NCBI GenBank assembly: GCA_963760795.1
Contig: CAVXEP010000029.1
Coordinates: 192,001 to 256,000 of the forward strand
Origin: an uncultured delta proteobacterium
GTDB taxonomy: Bacteria; Desulfobacterota; Binatia; UBA9968
DNA length: 64,000 bases
Direction: 5' to 3'
The position numbers were made by a program, and so were the translations under genes. The notes below the pieces were generated by a model. The model was not told the DNA's origin and searched no databases. It worked only from the letters and a program-made list of their open reading frames with translations. Positions 35,546 to 45,182 of this stretch are shown piece by piece; the stretch's first letter is position 1; the number at the start of each line of letters is the position of its first letter.

Positions 35546-35809
35546 ATGAGTATGCTCATAAAGTTGTACCGAACCGATGTCGATTGTTTAATCGAGCATG
35601 TAGCGCCCGGTTCAGGTCTGCGCCAAAAACTTTGCAGTTCAAGGCTTCTGATCCCCAAAGAATCGCCTATCGAAACACCCGCTACCGCAATTGTCTGCAC
35701 CGAGGCTGAGGCACGCGAATTATTGTTAATTGCCAAAGAGCGCTGTTTTCACGGGGCGGTTCTGGAAATACAAAGGGGGATGACGCTCTGCGGTTGCAAT
35801 AGCTCTTGA
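35546..35809 (+). CDS. Small hypothetical protein
   Basis: GGGGA RBS, MSMLIKLYRTDVDCL...CTEAEARELL. Confidence 0.5.
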   Translation: MSMLIKLYRTDVDCLIEHVAPGSGLRQKLCSSRLLIPKESPIETPATAIVCTEAEARELLLIAKERCFHGAVLEIQRGMTLCGCNSS

Positions 35810-36564
35810 GCGATCCATCTGACCACATTCTATTTGTGATCGGCTCGGTTTACCCTTCCATGACGGCTCTTTTTCGCGATGGTCCGATCTATCCCGCGGC
35901 GCGCAAAACTGAGGCAAACAACTAGGTACACAAAGAATCAAAGTGAATCCTTGTCCGATTCACGGGATAGCGTGTAGGCAGAATCTCGTGCATGGAACAC
36001 TGAGCGACAAAAAGCTTTTCAGCTCGCGACCTGATAGTCTCTTATACCTTTGCGACTATAGTCCCAACACTGAGATTTGAATTCCGAATATGGTGCCACA
36101 GTTGAGACGAATTCTACGCTAAATCGGAACGACCGGGCTGCTTGGAAACGTAAAAAACACTCAGAACTCACTAATTATTTGCTTTTTTTTCAACCGTCAG
36201 GCGACCTCGACCCCGATATCTTTGTGTCCGATTCGCTCGCCTCTTGCCGACTCAATCGATGCAAGTTGAAAGGTGACAGCGGAACAATCGCGTTCAGTTC
36301 ACTCTTAACCTTGGCCATAGCCAGGATCAGGATTCCGTTACCGAATGTAGCGCCTCGTGGACGGCCAGGAGGGGGACCCAATCGTCCGACATTAGAGACT
36401 AAACGCGGGGCGAAATTGTCCCACGTGAAAATACATTGCCCTGCGCAGCGCGTCGCCCTACTTTTGGTGCCATGGAGTTGACGTAAATCGTACTCCGATA
36501 TGATGAGTGACTGCTGGCCACTTCAATCAGTCTGTGGCGTCCCGTCGCTCAGCCTGTGGCGTAC

Positions 36565-36579
36565 TGGACTAACAATTGC
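36565..36579 (+). promoter_or_regulatory. Sigma-54-type promoter (variant -24 box)
   Basis: TGGACT-AACAA-TTGC(A), 33 nt upstream of the CDS. Confidence 0.6.
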
Positions 36580-36611
36580 ATTTTCAGCTTGCCGCCGGAC
36601 GGGGGTGATCA

Positions 36612-38138
36612 ATGCGCAGGAACGTTATTGTCTTTAGTGTGATCCTATTTATTTGGTCGGTTATCTTGTTCTACGGCTCAATGGGAGTCAGTCAGCAGCG
36701 AACCCCGCCGGAGGCGGTCGAGGACGCTCAAACTCCCCGCTCAGTCCAATCGAAACGGCCTGAGCAGCAAAAGACCTCGCATGACCAGGCTGACGTATTC
36801 TCCGGTTCCAACGCTCCCCCTTCCTCGCCGGTTTTTAGGAATCAACCGGATGAAGGCAAAGCATTGGGTTTTGATTTTGCGCGAGATCCTTTTAACGCAA
36901 AACAGCCGATGCAATCAGGCGATGAAATCATGAAGAACGATATCGCCGAGAAACCAAAAGTGACCGCCGCCCAACAGCAGTTACTGACGCAACGTTATGA
37001 CCTAACCCCTCGGCTAGACGCCACGGCCAAGATGTCGCGGGGCAAACCATTACCGGTTGGCCCTACTGCTCGCCTCTCTGGAGGGGCAAGCTGGCAAAGT
37101 CTAGCGCAAATGACTGCGGAAGAGATTCGCAAGCGCAACGGTTTTCCCTATCCCTCGCTTCCTCACCCTAAGCACGCTGCCGGCGGAATGGTCTTCCCGC
37201 AAGCCCAGATTGAGATGTTTCCTCGCCTGGAACGATTTGATGTAGAGTTCGATATCCCGGAAGCATTTCTACCGGAATTCCCGCCAGCCATTTTTCTGCA
37301 AAACCGCCCCGAGTTAGGAGACGTTTCCCGCGGCGAGGTTGTTTCTATTAATAACTTTTATCGACTGTTCAAAGATCTCCTGACCCCCGTGCAACTCGAT
37401 GGCTTGCAGTTTTTGGTGACTCCGTTCCCTCAAGAGGAGTTCAATCCAACCGATGATCGAAAAACGCGGCAGCCCAGTCTCGGCGTTTCGTGTTTCGACT
37501 GCCATGTTAACGGTCATACTACGGGCCAGTTTCACCTCAATCCTGACAACCGGCCGCAGCATCGCCGCTTTCGGCTCGACACTACGAGCCTACGGGGAAT
37601 GTTTGCACAGCAAATACATGGCTCCAAGCGAAGCCTGCGCTCCGTCGAAGATTTCACGGAATTCGAACAGCGGACCGCGTACTTCAACGGCGATCCTATC
37701 CGGGCGATGAAAAAAGGGATCAATATTTTGGATAGGGTCCGTGTAAGCCATATGGCGCAGCTCCAAAATATGCTCAACTTTCCACCTGCGCCTAAATTGA
37801 ATGTCCAAGGTCGGCTCGATCCGACCAAAGCGACGCAGAGTGAAACACGGGGGCAAAATCTCTTTTTTGGCAAAGGTCAGTGCTCCACCTGCCATGTGCC
37901 GCCATTTTATCTTGATGATAGAATGCACGACCTGCAAGTGGAACGATTCGTCAACGAGCCGCCAGACGGGCCGATAAAAACCTTCACTCTGCGCGGGATC
38001 AAAGACAGTCCACCTTACCTTCACGACGGGCGCTTGCTGACGCTGGAAGATACGGTTGAGTTTTTCAATCTTATTCTCGGGCTGAAGTTAAATGAGCAGG
38101 AAAAGTTAGACTTGGTGGCTTTCATGCGGGTGCTCTAA
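36612..38138 (+). CDS. Exported di-heme cytochrome c, peroxidase (bCCP/MauG superfamily)-like
   Basis: N-terminal signal/TM; CFDCH and CSTCH; TTSLRG; KTFTLRGIKDSPPYLHDGRLLTLEDTV. Confidence 0.85.
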   Translation: MRRNVIVFSVILFIWSVILFYGSMGVSQQRTPPEAVEDAQTPRSVQSKRPEQQKTSHDQADVFSGSNAPPSSPVFRNQPDEGKALGFDFARDPFNAKQPMQSGDEIMKNDIAEKPKVTAAQQQLLTQRYDLTPRLDATAKMSRGKPLPVGPTARLSGGASWQSLAQMTAEEIRKRNGFPYPSLPHPKHAAGGMVFPQAQIEMFPRLERFDVEFDIPEAFLPEFPPAIFLQNRPELGDVSRGEVVSINNFYRLFKDLLTPVQLDGLQFLVTPFPQEEFNPTDDRKTRQPSLGVSCFDCHVNGHTTGQFHLNPDNRPQHRRFRLDTTSLRGMFAQQIHGSKRSLRSVEDFTEFEQRTAYFNGDPIRAMKKGINILDRVRVSHMAQLQNMLNFPPAPKLNVQGRLDPTKATQSETRGQNLFFGKGQCSTCHVPPFYLDDRMHDLQVERFVNEPPDGPIKTFTLRGIKDSPPYLHDGRLLTLEDTVEFFNLILGLKLNEQEKLDLVAFMRVL

Positions 38139-38315
38139 TTCAAGATACGCTGCGAAGAAAGGGTATCTCTCAAAACGAAAATCGTCACTGCTAACTTTAC
38201 TAACGTGCGTGAAAGAATTTGTCGCATTATCGAGACTAAATCCTGGTTTTGATTCACTCCTGAGAGAATGAGCAGCTACAGTCAGATAACTTTACATTAA
38301 ATTTATTCCAGCGGG

Positions 38316-38330
38316 TGGTACTATCTTTGC
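38316..38330 (+). promoter_or_regulatory. Sigma-54 promoter
   Basis: TGGTAC-TATCT-TTGC(A). Confidence 0.8.
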
Positions 38331-38372
38331 ACTAGTCCATCTTAAGTTTACCAAATTAAACAGGGCGGTCTT

Positions 38373-38642
38373 ATGGGCATTATAGGATGGATATTTTTCG
38401 GGTTGGTAGTGGGCGTGGTTGGAAAGTTCTTAATGCCGGGACGTGATCCCGGGGGATGGGTCATTACTATATTGTTGGGAATAGGCGGGGCGCTAATCGG
38501 CGGGTTTGTCGGCCAATCGCTAGGCTTTTATCGTGAGGGTGAGCCTGCCGGATTTATCATGGCCGTAATCGGATCTATTCTGCTCTTGGTTATATATCGA
38601 ATGTTTGCCGGCAAACGAACGATCGCGGATCGGCAGTATTAA
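38373..38642 (+). CDS. GlsB/YeaQ/YmgE stress membrane protein
   Basis: IGWIFFGLVVG...LMPGRDPGG..TILLGI.GA..GG. Confidence 0.93.
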   Translation: MGIIGWIFFGLVVGVVGKFLMPGRDPGGWVITILLGIGGALIGGFVGQSLGFYREGEPAGFIMAVIGSILLLVIYRMFAGKRTIADRQY

Positions 38643-38658
38643 ATCCAAACTCGTCAAT

Positions 38659-38692
38659 ATAGAAGCCCGCTAACTCATTAGCGGGCTTCTAT
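38659..38692 (+). terminator. Intrinsic terminator
   Basis: ATAGAAGCCCGCTAA-ctca-TTAGCGGGCTTCTAT followed by T-rich sequence. Confidence 0.8.
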
Positions 38693-38821
38693 GTTGTTTG
38701 GTATCCCAGTCAATTACCCCTGACCCCTCAGCAATAATGCTTTCAAGCTCGCGGCCTGTTTTCTAATGTCGAGAGTTTACCGCTCTGGCGACACTAAAGT
38801 GTCGTGAGTTAGCGTTGTTTT

Positions 38822-39088
38822 TTGGATTTTGCAATACATTTCGGAGGCCAATCAACGGTGAAGCGAACAAAAGAAGAATCTAATATTGAAATTGTACTCA
38901 GACAGGAATCCTCACCCAAGGTCGAAATAATTCTGAAAAGCGGGACAACGAGCCTATTTAGGACAACACTCTCATTTCCTAATATGGCAATGGCGGAAGA
39001 ATATGCCCAGTATATGGCTCGGGGCATGGGAGTCTCATATGATGATATTGTCTACTATTCCTACGCCTGTGCGAAAAATCCCGGCTAA
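38822..39088 (+). CDS. Small hypothetical protein (start uncertain)
   Basis: Open frame; GGAGG before an internal GTG. Confidence 0.35.
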   Translation: MDFAIHFGGQSTVKRTKEESNIEIVLRQESSPKVEIILKSGTTSLFRTTLSFPNMAMAEEYAQYMARGMGVSYDDIVYYSYACAKNPG

Positions 39089-39743
39089 CCACAGAGGGTT
39101 TCTCGCATGGATGTCTCCCCCTTCTGTAAACTGGCGATAAGAGCTTAAAGGAACGCGCAGGTCGCAAGAAAATCTTTCGCTGGAAGAATGTTCATCGCGA
39201 CCGCAAGAGCGGTACCCCTGACGAAGTTCTAGCCAAGACGCCGGATAAGGCCGGCCGATGGGGTCAAACCAAATTGCCAAACTTTTCAGAAATATACTTG
39301 TAATCGAAAATTGTCTCCAACGCTTGGACTCTTCGACCTTTACACTAACGAACTCGCGAAGATCGCTTTAGCGAAGACCTGCCGGTTGACTGCGCCACGC
39401 CTGATCAGCGCTGTAAAGAGGCTCTGAGTGTGGTGTCAAGCGTTTGAAACGATTGAAGTAAGTATTCGGTAGTCGTTATCGCGGTCCGTACTTGTTAGTG
39501 CCCAGGGGTTCAGCTGCGGCGTGTCTTTGCGACTCCCATTCAATCTTCATAGCCGCGTTGCGTAAGCCCAGCCGCAATTTGCGGTGCGTCTTATCCCATC
39601 GATGTTTAGAAAGTGGCGCATAGATATGTCTCGCGGTTGCCGAGCGCTCATTCACTATATCTGTCGATCGATTCTCCCCGTCCCGCGGCGGGCCGGAGTT
39701 TCTCGGACCACAGTCGGTCGTCCGGCTCTAGTGCAACGAGATC

Positions 39744-40001
39744 TTATCCACTCAACAGGGGATTTTGTATAGGCACCTCGATAACGGGCTTACCATTATC
39801 GATCCACTTTCTCCCAGTTCGTATCGCCCACAAATCGGCTTTCTCTTCACTTCCGAAGCCGTCGCCAGGACTATCAAAATATTGAGTTCTAAGAGTAGCG
39901 CCTTCATTCCATTGCACGATCACCTTAGATCGCCATTTCCTGCTGTTAGGTATCCGCCACGGAATGGTCCCGAGTGAGTGACCCTTGTAAGAAAGCAACA
40001 T
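39744..40001 (-). CDS. Small hypothetical protein
   Basis: GGGGGA RBS; YKGH...W...F.SEE.A......RKWID. Confidence 0.55.
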   Translation of the reverse strand: MLLSYKGHSLGTIPWRIPNSRKWRSKVIVQWNEGATLRTQYFDSPGDGFGSEEKADLWAIRTGRKWIDNGKPVIEVPIQNPLLSG

Positions 40002-40103
40002 GATTCCCCCAAAATTGTCACGCTGCGAATAACGACGCTGCTTTTATGATCTGTATTAACAAAGGTTCACAGGCTATTCTGCTCCTTCGGCGAGGCACGA
40101 TAT

Positions 40104-40367
40104 TTATTTCTTTTGTTCCGGTTTCGCTGGGCTTTCCAACTTGCCTGTACGCATGCTGCTAATCTCTTGAACTGGCTGTATTTGCGCTTCACGGAATTCC
40201 GGTAAATCGAATTTGCGCAGGATGTTGCTTCCGGGCGGCGGCGGTTGGTTTGAGATCACCAGCTTGCCTTGGGCATCTTTGTAAATGTAATGGTCTTCGG
40301 ATTGGCTATATGCCGTTAGGAAAAACAAGAACGTAAATATCAGCGCTGCTGTCGTGATGATTTTCAC
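40104..40367 (-). CDS. DUF4124-like exported protein
   Basis: AAGGAG RBS, signal peptide, YIYKDAQGKLVISNQPPP. Confidence 0.75.
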   Translation of the reverse strand: MKIITTAALIFTFLFFLTAYSQSEDHYIYKDAQGKLVISNQPPPPGSNILRKFDLPEFREAQIQPVQEISSMRTGKLESPAKPEQKK

Positions 40368-40497
40368 AGGTGAACTCCTTTGTTACACAGCTCAGCATGT
40401 ACGCCCCAGGCGAGTTTCCAGTGAAGGGACCCACGCTCCTAAAATTGTGCGGGAAGAAGTGAGTGCAACATGAAATCGCCTCCGTCTAGATATTTTA

Positions 40498-40653
40498 CTA
40501 GCAACCGGAGTGTCCACATTGGCATTTGTTTGAAGCCACCGATGGAGCATTGGCGCATCGATCACTACAGTATGTGTTCGCGCCTTTGGAAACGCCTTTG
40601 CCCTGTTCCACTTTACAGTTGCACCCATTATGAGCACAGTTCTGGTCGGCCAT
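40498..40653 (-). CDS. Bacterial metallothionein (SmtA/BmtA family), 51 aa
   Basis: MADQNCAHNGCNCKVEQGKGVSKGANTYCSDRCANAPSVASNKCQCGHSGC; AAGGAGGT RBS; 8 Cys + 2 His; YCSxxCA and CGHxGC as in SmtA; missing from ORF track. Confidence 0.9.
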   Translation of the reverse strand: MADQNCAHNGCNCKVEQGKGVSKGANTYCSDRCANAPSVASNKCQCGHSGC

Positions 40654-40784
40654 TCGAGTTCACCTCCTTTTAGTCGATAGATTCGGACCTAATCTAATTT
40701 AAGTCTAGCGAGCTTTACCCAACTCATCCCAACATCGAGAACGTGCTCGGTAACGACCGCATGACGTCTGCGGCAAACTAAAAT

Positions 40785-40799
40785 GCAATTGTCAGTCCA
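40785..40799 (-). promoter_or_regulatory. Sigma-54-type promoter upstream of the metallothionein
   Basis: TGGACT-GACAA-TTGC(A), near-identical to the 36565 site. Confidence 0.6.
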
Positions 40800-41410
40800 G
40801 TAAAAAGCTTGAGTCCGACAGAGGATGAGCGTCACGTAGCCAATAACCGCCAACAATTTTCATGGGCACGGGAAGTTGAAAGAGACTTGGGCCGGTGTTT
40901 CAAAGTAGAAGCATGGCAAGAGCGGGTTCGTCTCCATGGTTGGAGCCCATGAAGTGGATTACTGAAGGAAAGCCAAACTCCCCGCATAGAAAACTTGTGG
41001 TGAGGGGCAGCTTCCAAAACCTAAATGATTCTTACGAAATTGGTGGTTACTTGGTGTGAGTGTTACAAGCTGGCACTGCTCTATTAGTTTGTTTGAACCG
41101 CATCAACCAATAATTGCGTCTCAACCTTGGCATTATCTTCGTGATCTATGTCTCAGTTTCGGGACGCCAATCACAAGAATCGTTTCGGTGCATGCTGCAT
41201 GGTTTGAAGTCGTCCTGCTGGCACATCTTTTGAGTTCCTGCTTTTTAACCCCCCGCAATCAGTCCGATCTGACGATTGTCGCGGGCCCGCTGACTTATAA
41301 AATGGCCGCACCAAGCTGCTCATGACCACATGCCCGCTCCTAAATATTTCATCTCAATGGTTGTTCTTACTGTGGCGGGCTTTTTCAGCTTGCTTTTGGA
41401 GTAAAAATTA

Positions 41411-42082
41411 ATGATCACCTCGGTCATATTCGATATCGATGGCACCTTAGTGGATTCGGTCGATTTACATGCCGAGGCTTGGCGAGAGGCCCTTGAGCGA
41501 TTCGGCAAGAAAGTCTCTTTCGCAGAGGTTCGTCGGCAAATCGGCAAGGGCGGAGATCAGTTGATGCCCGTTTTTCTATCGCGAGAGGAGTTGCAGAATT
41601 TCAGCGACGAACTCGAACAGTACCGCAGTGACCTTTTTAAAAAAGAGTTTCTGCCTCGTGTAAAAGCCTTTCCCGACGTTCGGCAATTGTTTCAGAGAAT
41701 CAGCGAAGATGACAAGCGTATCGCGCTGGCGTCTTCGGCAAAGGGCGACGAACTCAAGACTTATAAAGCTATCGCCGGCATCGAGGATCTCGTCGAGACC
41801 GAAACCTCGTCGGATGACGCCGACAGGTCAAAACCGTATCCGGACATCTTTCAGGCCGCGCTTGCCCAGTTGGGCGATGTAAGACCCGATAATGTGGTGG
41901 TGGTCGGCGATACTATCTATGATGCAGAGGCCGCCGGCAAAGCCCACTTGCGGACAATCGGTGTCATGTGTGGGGGCTGGAGCGAGGAAGACTTGCGCCG
42001 AGCCGGATGCATCGCGGTCTACCGCGATCCCGCGGATTTGCTCAACGGATACGATGCGTCTCCGATTAGCCGAGGTGGATAG
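41411..42082 (+). CDS. HAD-superfamily hydrolase
   Basis: FDIDGTLVDS, KPYPDIF, VGDTIYD. Confidence 0.93.
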   Translation: MITSVIFDIDGTLVDSVDLHAEAWREALERFGKKVSFAEVRRQIGKGGDQLMPVFLSREELQNFSDELEQYRSDLFKKEFLPRVKAFPDVRQLFQRISEDDKRIALASSAKGDELKTYKAIAGIEDLVETETSSDDADRSKPYPDIFQAALAQLGDVRPDNVVVVGDTIYDAEAAGKAHLRTIGVMCGGWSEEDLRRAGCIAVYRDPADLLNGYDASPISRGG

Positions 42083-42363
42083 CGGCTAGACTTCCTTACA
42101 CCAGGCCTGTGCGCTACAGCTTGGGATCATTTTTAACGATTGTGTTTGAATGAGCGTCTTACACGCGAGCAAGCGCTCTGACGCCGCGGCAATCGTTTTT
42201 CCGTGCTGAGCATCGCGCCAAGCTCGATTACCAACCCTACATCTACCCGAACTCACTGCTTAGGATGAATCAGAATTGTGACACCGGCATACTAAATTTC
42301 CCAAGTTTGGAACAAAGTTGATTCTCTAGCCGCTAGCAACGGGCTATCAGGTCTATAGTTTAG

Positions 42364-42378
42364 CGGCACGTTAGTTGC
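42364..42378 (+). promoter_or_regulatory. Sigma-54 promoter
   Basis: CGGCAC-GTTAG-TTGC(G), same core as the 12788 site. Confidence 0.75.
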
Positions 42379-42464
42379 GAATTATTCGGGAGCAGGCTTT
42401 CCGAAGCGCATCATTATCTGAATTTACTTTCGGCGTCCTTTGACCGCCTGAGTTTTTGAATAGG

Positions 42465-42616
42465 ATGAATGAACTGAATGCAACGGCGAGTATTGGCAAT
42501 AGAAATAGCAATCACGGCACGAGGACGATCGAGATTTTCTACAAGTCGAATCCGTAGAGCAGACGCGCACTGAGCGTATCGCCGACGCCATCACGGGTTT
42601 CTTCGGCAGCATCTAA
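42465..42616 (+). pseudogene. Possible DUF1003-family N-terminal remnant
   Basis: Frameshifted fragment ending RTERIADAITGFFGSI*. Confidence 0.4.
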
Positions 42617-42619
42617 CTT

Positions 42620-42811
42620 ATGAAACCGACCCCATCTGAACCCCATCTTCCTACTCTAACGAACGGTTTAACCGTGGCACCCCGAATCACCAACCGGTCC
42701 GTCTATTGCTGTCGCTGTAAAAAACTCTCCTTCTTCGATTACCTCACCAACTGGGCCTACTGCACATACTGCGACATAACTTTTTCACTCCGGGAGCAGC
42801 ATAATAACTGA
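42620..42811 (+). CDS. Possible small zinc-ribbon protein
   Basis: CCRC...CTYC; no clear RBS. Confidence 0.3.
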   Translation: MKPTPSEPHLPTLTNGLTVAPRITNRSVYCCRCKKLSFFDYLTNWAYCTYCDITFSLREQHNN

Positions 42812-43038
42812 GCACGGAGGGCTAGGTTGATCGATGTGACCTAGGATGCCAAAAGCCGCATCGCGCCCGTGTATGTATCGATGGGCTCATCGGCCTAGCG
42901 CTATGGGAGCGTCGGAAGCCATCAAGATCTGATTCGCAACGCGGAATACGGCAGCGGGTTAATAAAAACAGTAAGGCGGGCAGGCCCAAACAGCGCCCGC
43001 AGCTCTCTCGATCTAATTGACGCGAACGGAATCCTACG

Positions 43039-43749
43039 ATGACACAAGCTCGCGCGGCAGCTTTTCGTCAGCAAAAAAAAACCGGCAAGGTACGCCGGTT
43101 TTTCTATGAGAACGGCCTTTCCATAGTCCTATTCAGTTGCTTCTTGGCTTTCTGGGCAGGCCAGGCTTTGACCGGTCATCGTCAGCATAATGAAGACCTG
43201 AAAGAGCACGGGCAATCCAGCATCGCTTTGTCAGAGTACCTGCGCAGCGACCATTTCCTGGAAGCAACCGCGGAGAATTGGGAAAGCGAGTTTGTGCAGA
43301 TGTTTGCCTACGTGTTGTTTACCGTGTTTCTCTATCAAAAAGGCTCATCGGAATCGAAAAAGCCCGGTGAATTAGAAGCGGTTGACAGAGAAGCGAAACG
43401 ATCGAGTAAAAATGTCCCTTGGCCGGTGCGAAAGGGCGGGGTGATTTTGAAACTCTATGAGAATTCGCTATCGCTGGCGTTTCTCTTGCTCTTCCTTATT
43501 GCATTCTCACTGCACGCAACAGCCGGTGCTAAACTTTACAGTGAAGAACAACAGTTGCATGGCAGCCCGCCGGTTTCAGTTTCTCAATATCTGGGCACTT
43601 CACGCTTCTGGTTTGAGGCGCTGCAAAACTGGCAAAGTGAATTCCTAGCGATCGGATCGATGGTAGTCCTGTCTATTTTTCTGCGCCAGAAAGGCTCGCC
43701 TGAATCCAAGCCGGTTGATAGCCCGCATGCTCAGACCGGAACGGATTAG
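43039..43749 (+). CDS. DUF6766-like membrane protein
   Basis: Duplicated ENGLS/ENSLS...ENWESEF/QNWQSEF...QKGS.ESK. Confidence 0.85.
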   Translation: MTQARAAAFRQQKKTGKVRRFFYENGLSIVLFSCFLAFWAGQALTGHRQHNEDLKEHGQSSIALSEYLRSDHFLEATAENWESEFVQMFAYVLFTVFLYQKGSSESKKPGELEAVDREAKRSSKNVPWPVRKGGVILKLYENSLSLAFLLLFLIAFSLHATAGAKLYSEEQQLHGSPPVSVSQYLGTSRFWFEALQNWQSEFLAIGSMVVLSIFLRQKGSPESKPVDSPHAQTGTD

Positions 43750-43774
43750 GCTCTGGTTAGGTCGCCCGTCACAA

Positions 43775-44257
43775 TTAAGAATTTTTGCCTAGCGCCTCGA
43801 CTGCGGATTCCAGCCTGAGAGTCTCCGCGCGGCTACGTTGTTCGATGGCCCTTTGAATAAGACGATTATAGTCGGCGCAACGAAGCTGCGGAGAAACCTC
43901 CGCAGCGGCTTTCAGCGCGTCCCATAATCCTAGTTTACCTGCGATGCCCAGTGACAAAAATTCGAGACATTCAAACAGGCGCAAGGGTCCATCGGCACTG
44001 TCGTCGAGGCGCATTTTTAGCGCAGTAGCCTGCTCTGCAACCCAGCCGCCGATTTTGCGCGCTCGGCTTTCGCCGACATCCAGCCTTGACATCAGCGCCT
44101 GGAGATCTAGCCGGTCTGCTTCGATATCCGCGCGCAGAGCCGACAATTGCGGCCGGAGCTCGTCATACAACTCCTCCAACGACTCCAGAAGTCGCACTGC
44201 CGCCACTGCGCCCGCCAGGTGATCGTTCAAATAAGTGGCCACGCGTTTGTTGACCAT
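43775..44257 (-). CDS. Conserved helical (ferritin-like) hypothetical protein
   Basis: AAGGAGG RBS; YLNDHLAGA...LE.L.LGI.GK..LW..L. Confidence 0.75.
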   Translation of the reverse strand: MVNKRVATYLNDHLAGAVAAVRLLESLEELYDELRPQLSALRADIEADRLDLQALMSRLDVGESRARKIGGWVAEQATALKMRLDDSADGPLRLFECLEFLSLGIAGKLGLWDALKAAAEVSPQLRCADYNRLIQRAIEQRSRAETLRLESAVEALGKNS

Positions 44258-44432
44258 AACCTGGCCTCCTTCTTATGGTAGCATTTAACTTGTAGTGAAG
44301 CCGAAAGTCGCCGCTACCGCAAAGCGTTGGAAAATTTTGCGACGGTCTTCCGGAGACTTATCTAAAACATTTAATTGCGAATCTGGCCGCGTGAATATCC
44401 CCTAGAGGAATTTTCACCGCCCGAATGCGACG

Positions 44433-45050
44433 TCATGGTCGCGTGGACGCCGTGGTTTGTGCGCCGGCAGGGAAACAGATCTCGGGCGAGGGTTTAATAT
44501 CTGCCTTGAGCACACGTTGCATAAGGGAAAGGACTCGCCGGTTTTCCTCTGGGTCCTCGGAGGCTATGCAATCACGCGGTACCAGAAGTCTAAGGTCACG
44601 CATATAAGCGTCGTTAGCGGTAAATAGCACGCAGATATCGCCGGCGATTCCCGTGACGATCACCGTCTCGACACCGAGATATTTCAGCAAAGTATCCAGA
44701 TTTGTCTGGTAAAACGCGGAGTGTTTCGGCTTAAGAATAAAGTAGTCATCTGGTTCCGGGGCAAGGCGCTGGACTAGAGGTTTTCCCCGAATGCCTTCAC
44801 CGAGGCAATACTGCACCAGTTTGGGAAAATCCGACCGCCAGCGGCCGAAGTTATCGTTGGCATAAATCGCCGGGATGCCCGCCTGTTTCGCCCTCAATTT
44901 AAACTCGCGCAGGGCGTCAGCCGTAGGCAAAGCGTGCTTCAGGAGCTTTTCACCGCCTGGGAACTCTAGATCGTTGATCACGTCGACGAGTAGTAACGCA
45001 ATCGGCGAGTTATCCGGCGCGTGCGCTAATCCGTCCCGCTGGTTCTCCAT
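44433..45050 (-). CDS. Isochorismatase-family cysteine hydrolase
   Basis: LLLVDVIND, KPKHSAFY, GIAGDICV..TANDAY. Confidence 0.92.
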   Translation of the reverse strand: MENQRDGLAHAPDNSPIALLLVDVINDLEFPGGEKLLKHALPTADALREFKLRAKQAGIPAIYANDNFGRWRSDFPKLVQYCLGEGIRGKPLVQRLAPEPDDYFILKPKHSAFYQTNLDTLLKYLGVETVIVTGIAGDICVLFTANDAYMRDLRLLVPRDCIASEDPEENRRVLSLMQRVLKADIKPSPEICFPAGAQTTASTRP

Positions 45051-45127
45051 ACCCGTGCGTTTGCCTCTGCCTCACCATTACTTAACTCGGGAAAACCAGT
45101 GTGCCGCCAAGCAACTTGTAGGGCGGG

Positions 45128-45159
45128 CAGGGAGGGATTTATTAAAAAATCCCTCCCTG
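45128..45159 (-). terminator. Hairpin downstream of the hemerythrin gene
   Basis: CAGGGAGGGATTT...AAATCCCTCCCTG. Confidence 0.65.
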
Positions 45160-45182
45160 TGTCGTGGGGTCTTGTGGAATGA

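Noticed and set aside
39495-39508. TAGTGCCCAGGGG as a second tRNA-end att site
   Set aside because: Lacks a CCA end and has no matching partner or integrase.
40392-40673. ORF-track entries 40392..40637(-) and 40470..40673(+)
   Set aside because: Shadow frames of the metallothionein gene, which has the RBS and family motif.
41219-41233. TGGCAC-ATCTT-TTGA upstream of the HAD gene
   Set aside because: The -12 GC is GA and the site is about 180 nt from the start; possible but not counted.
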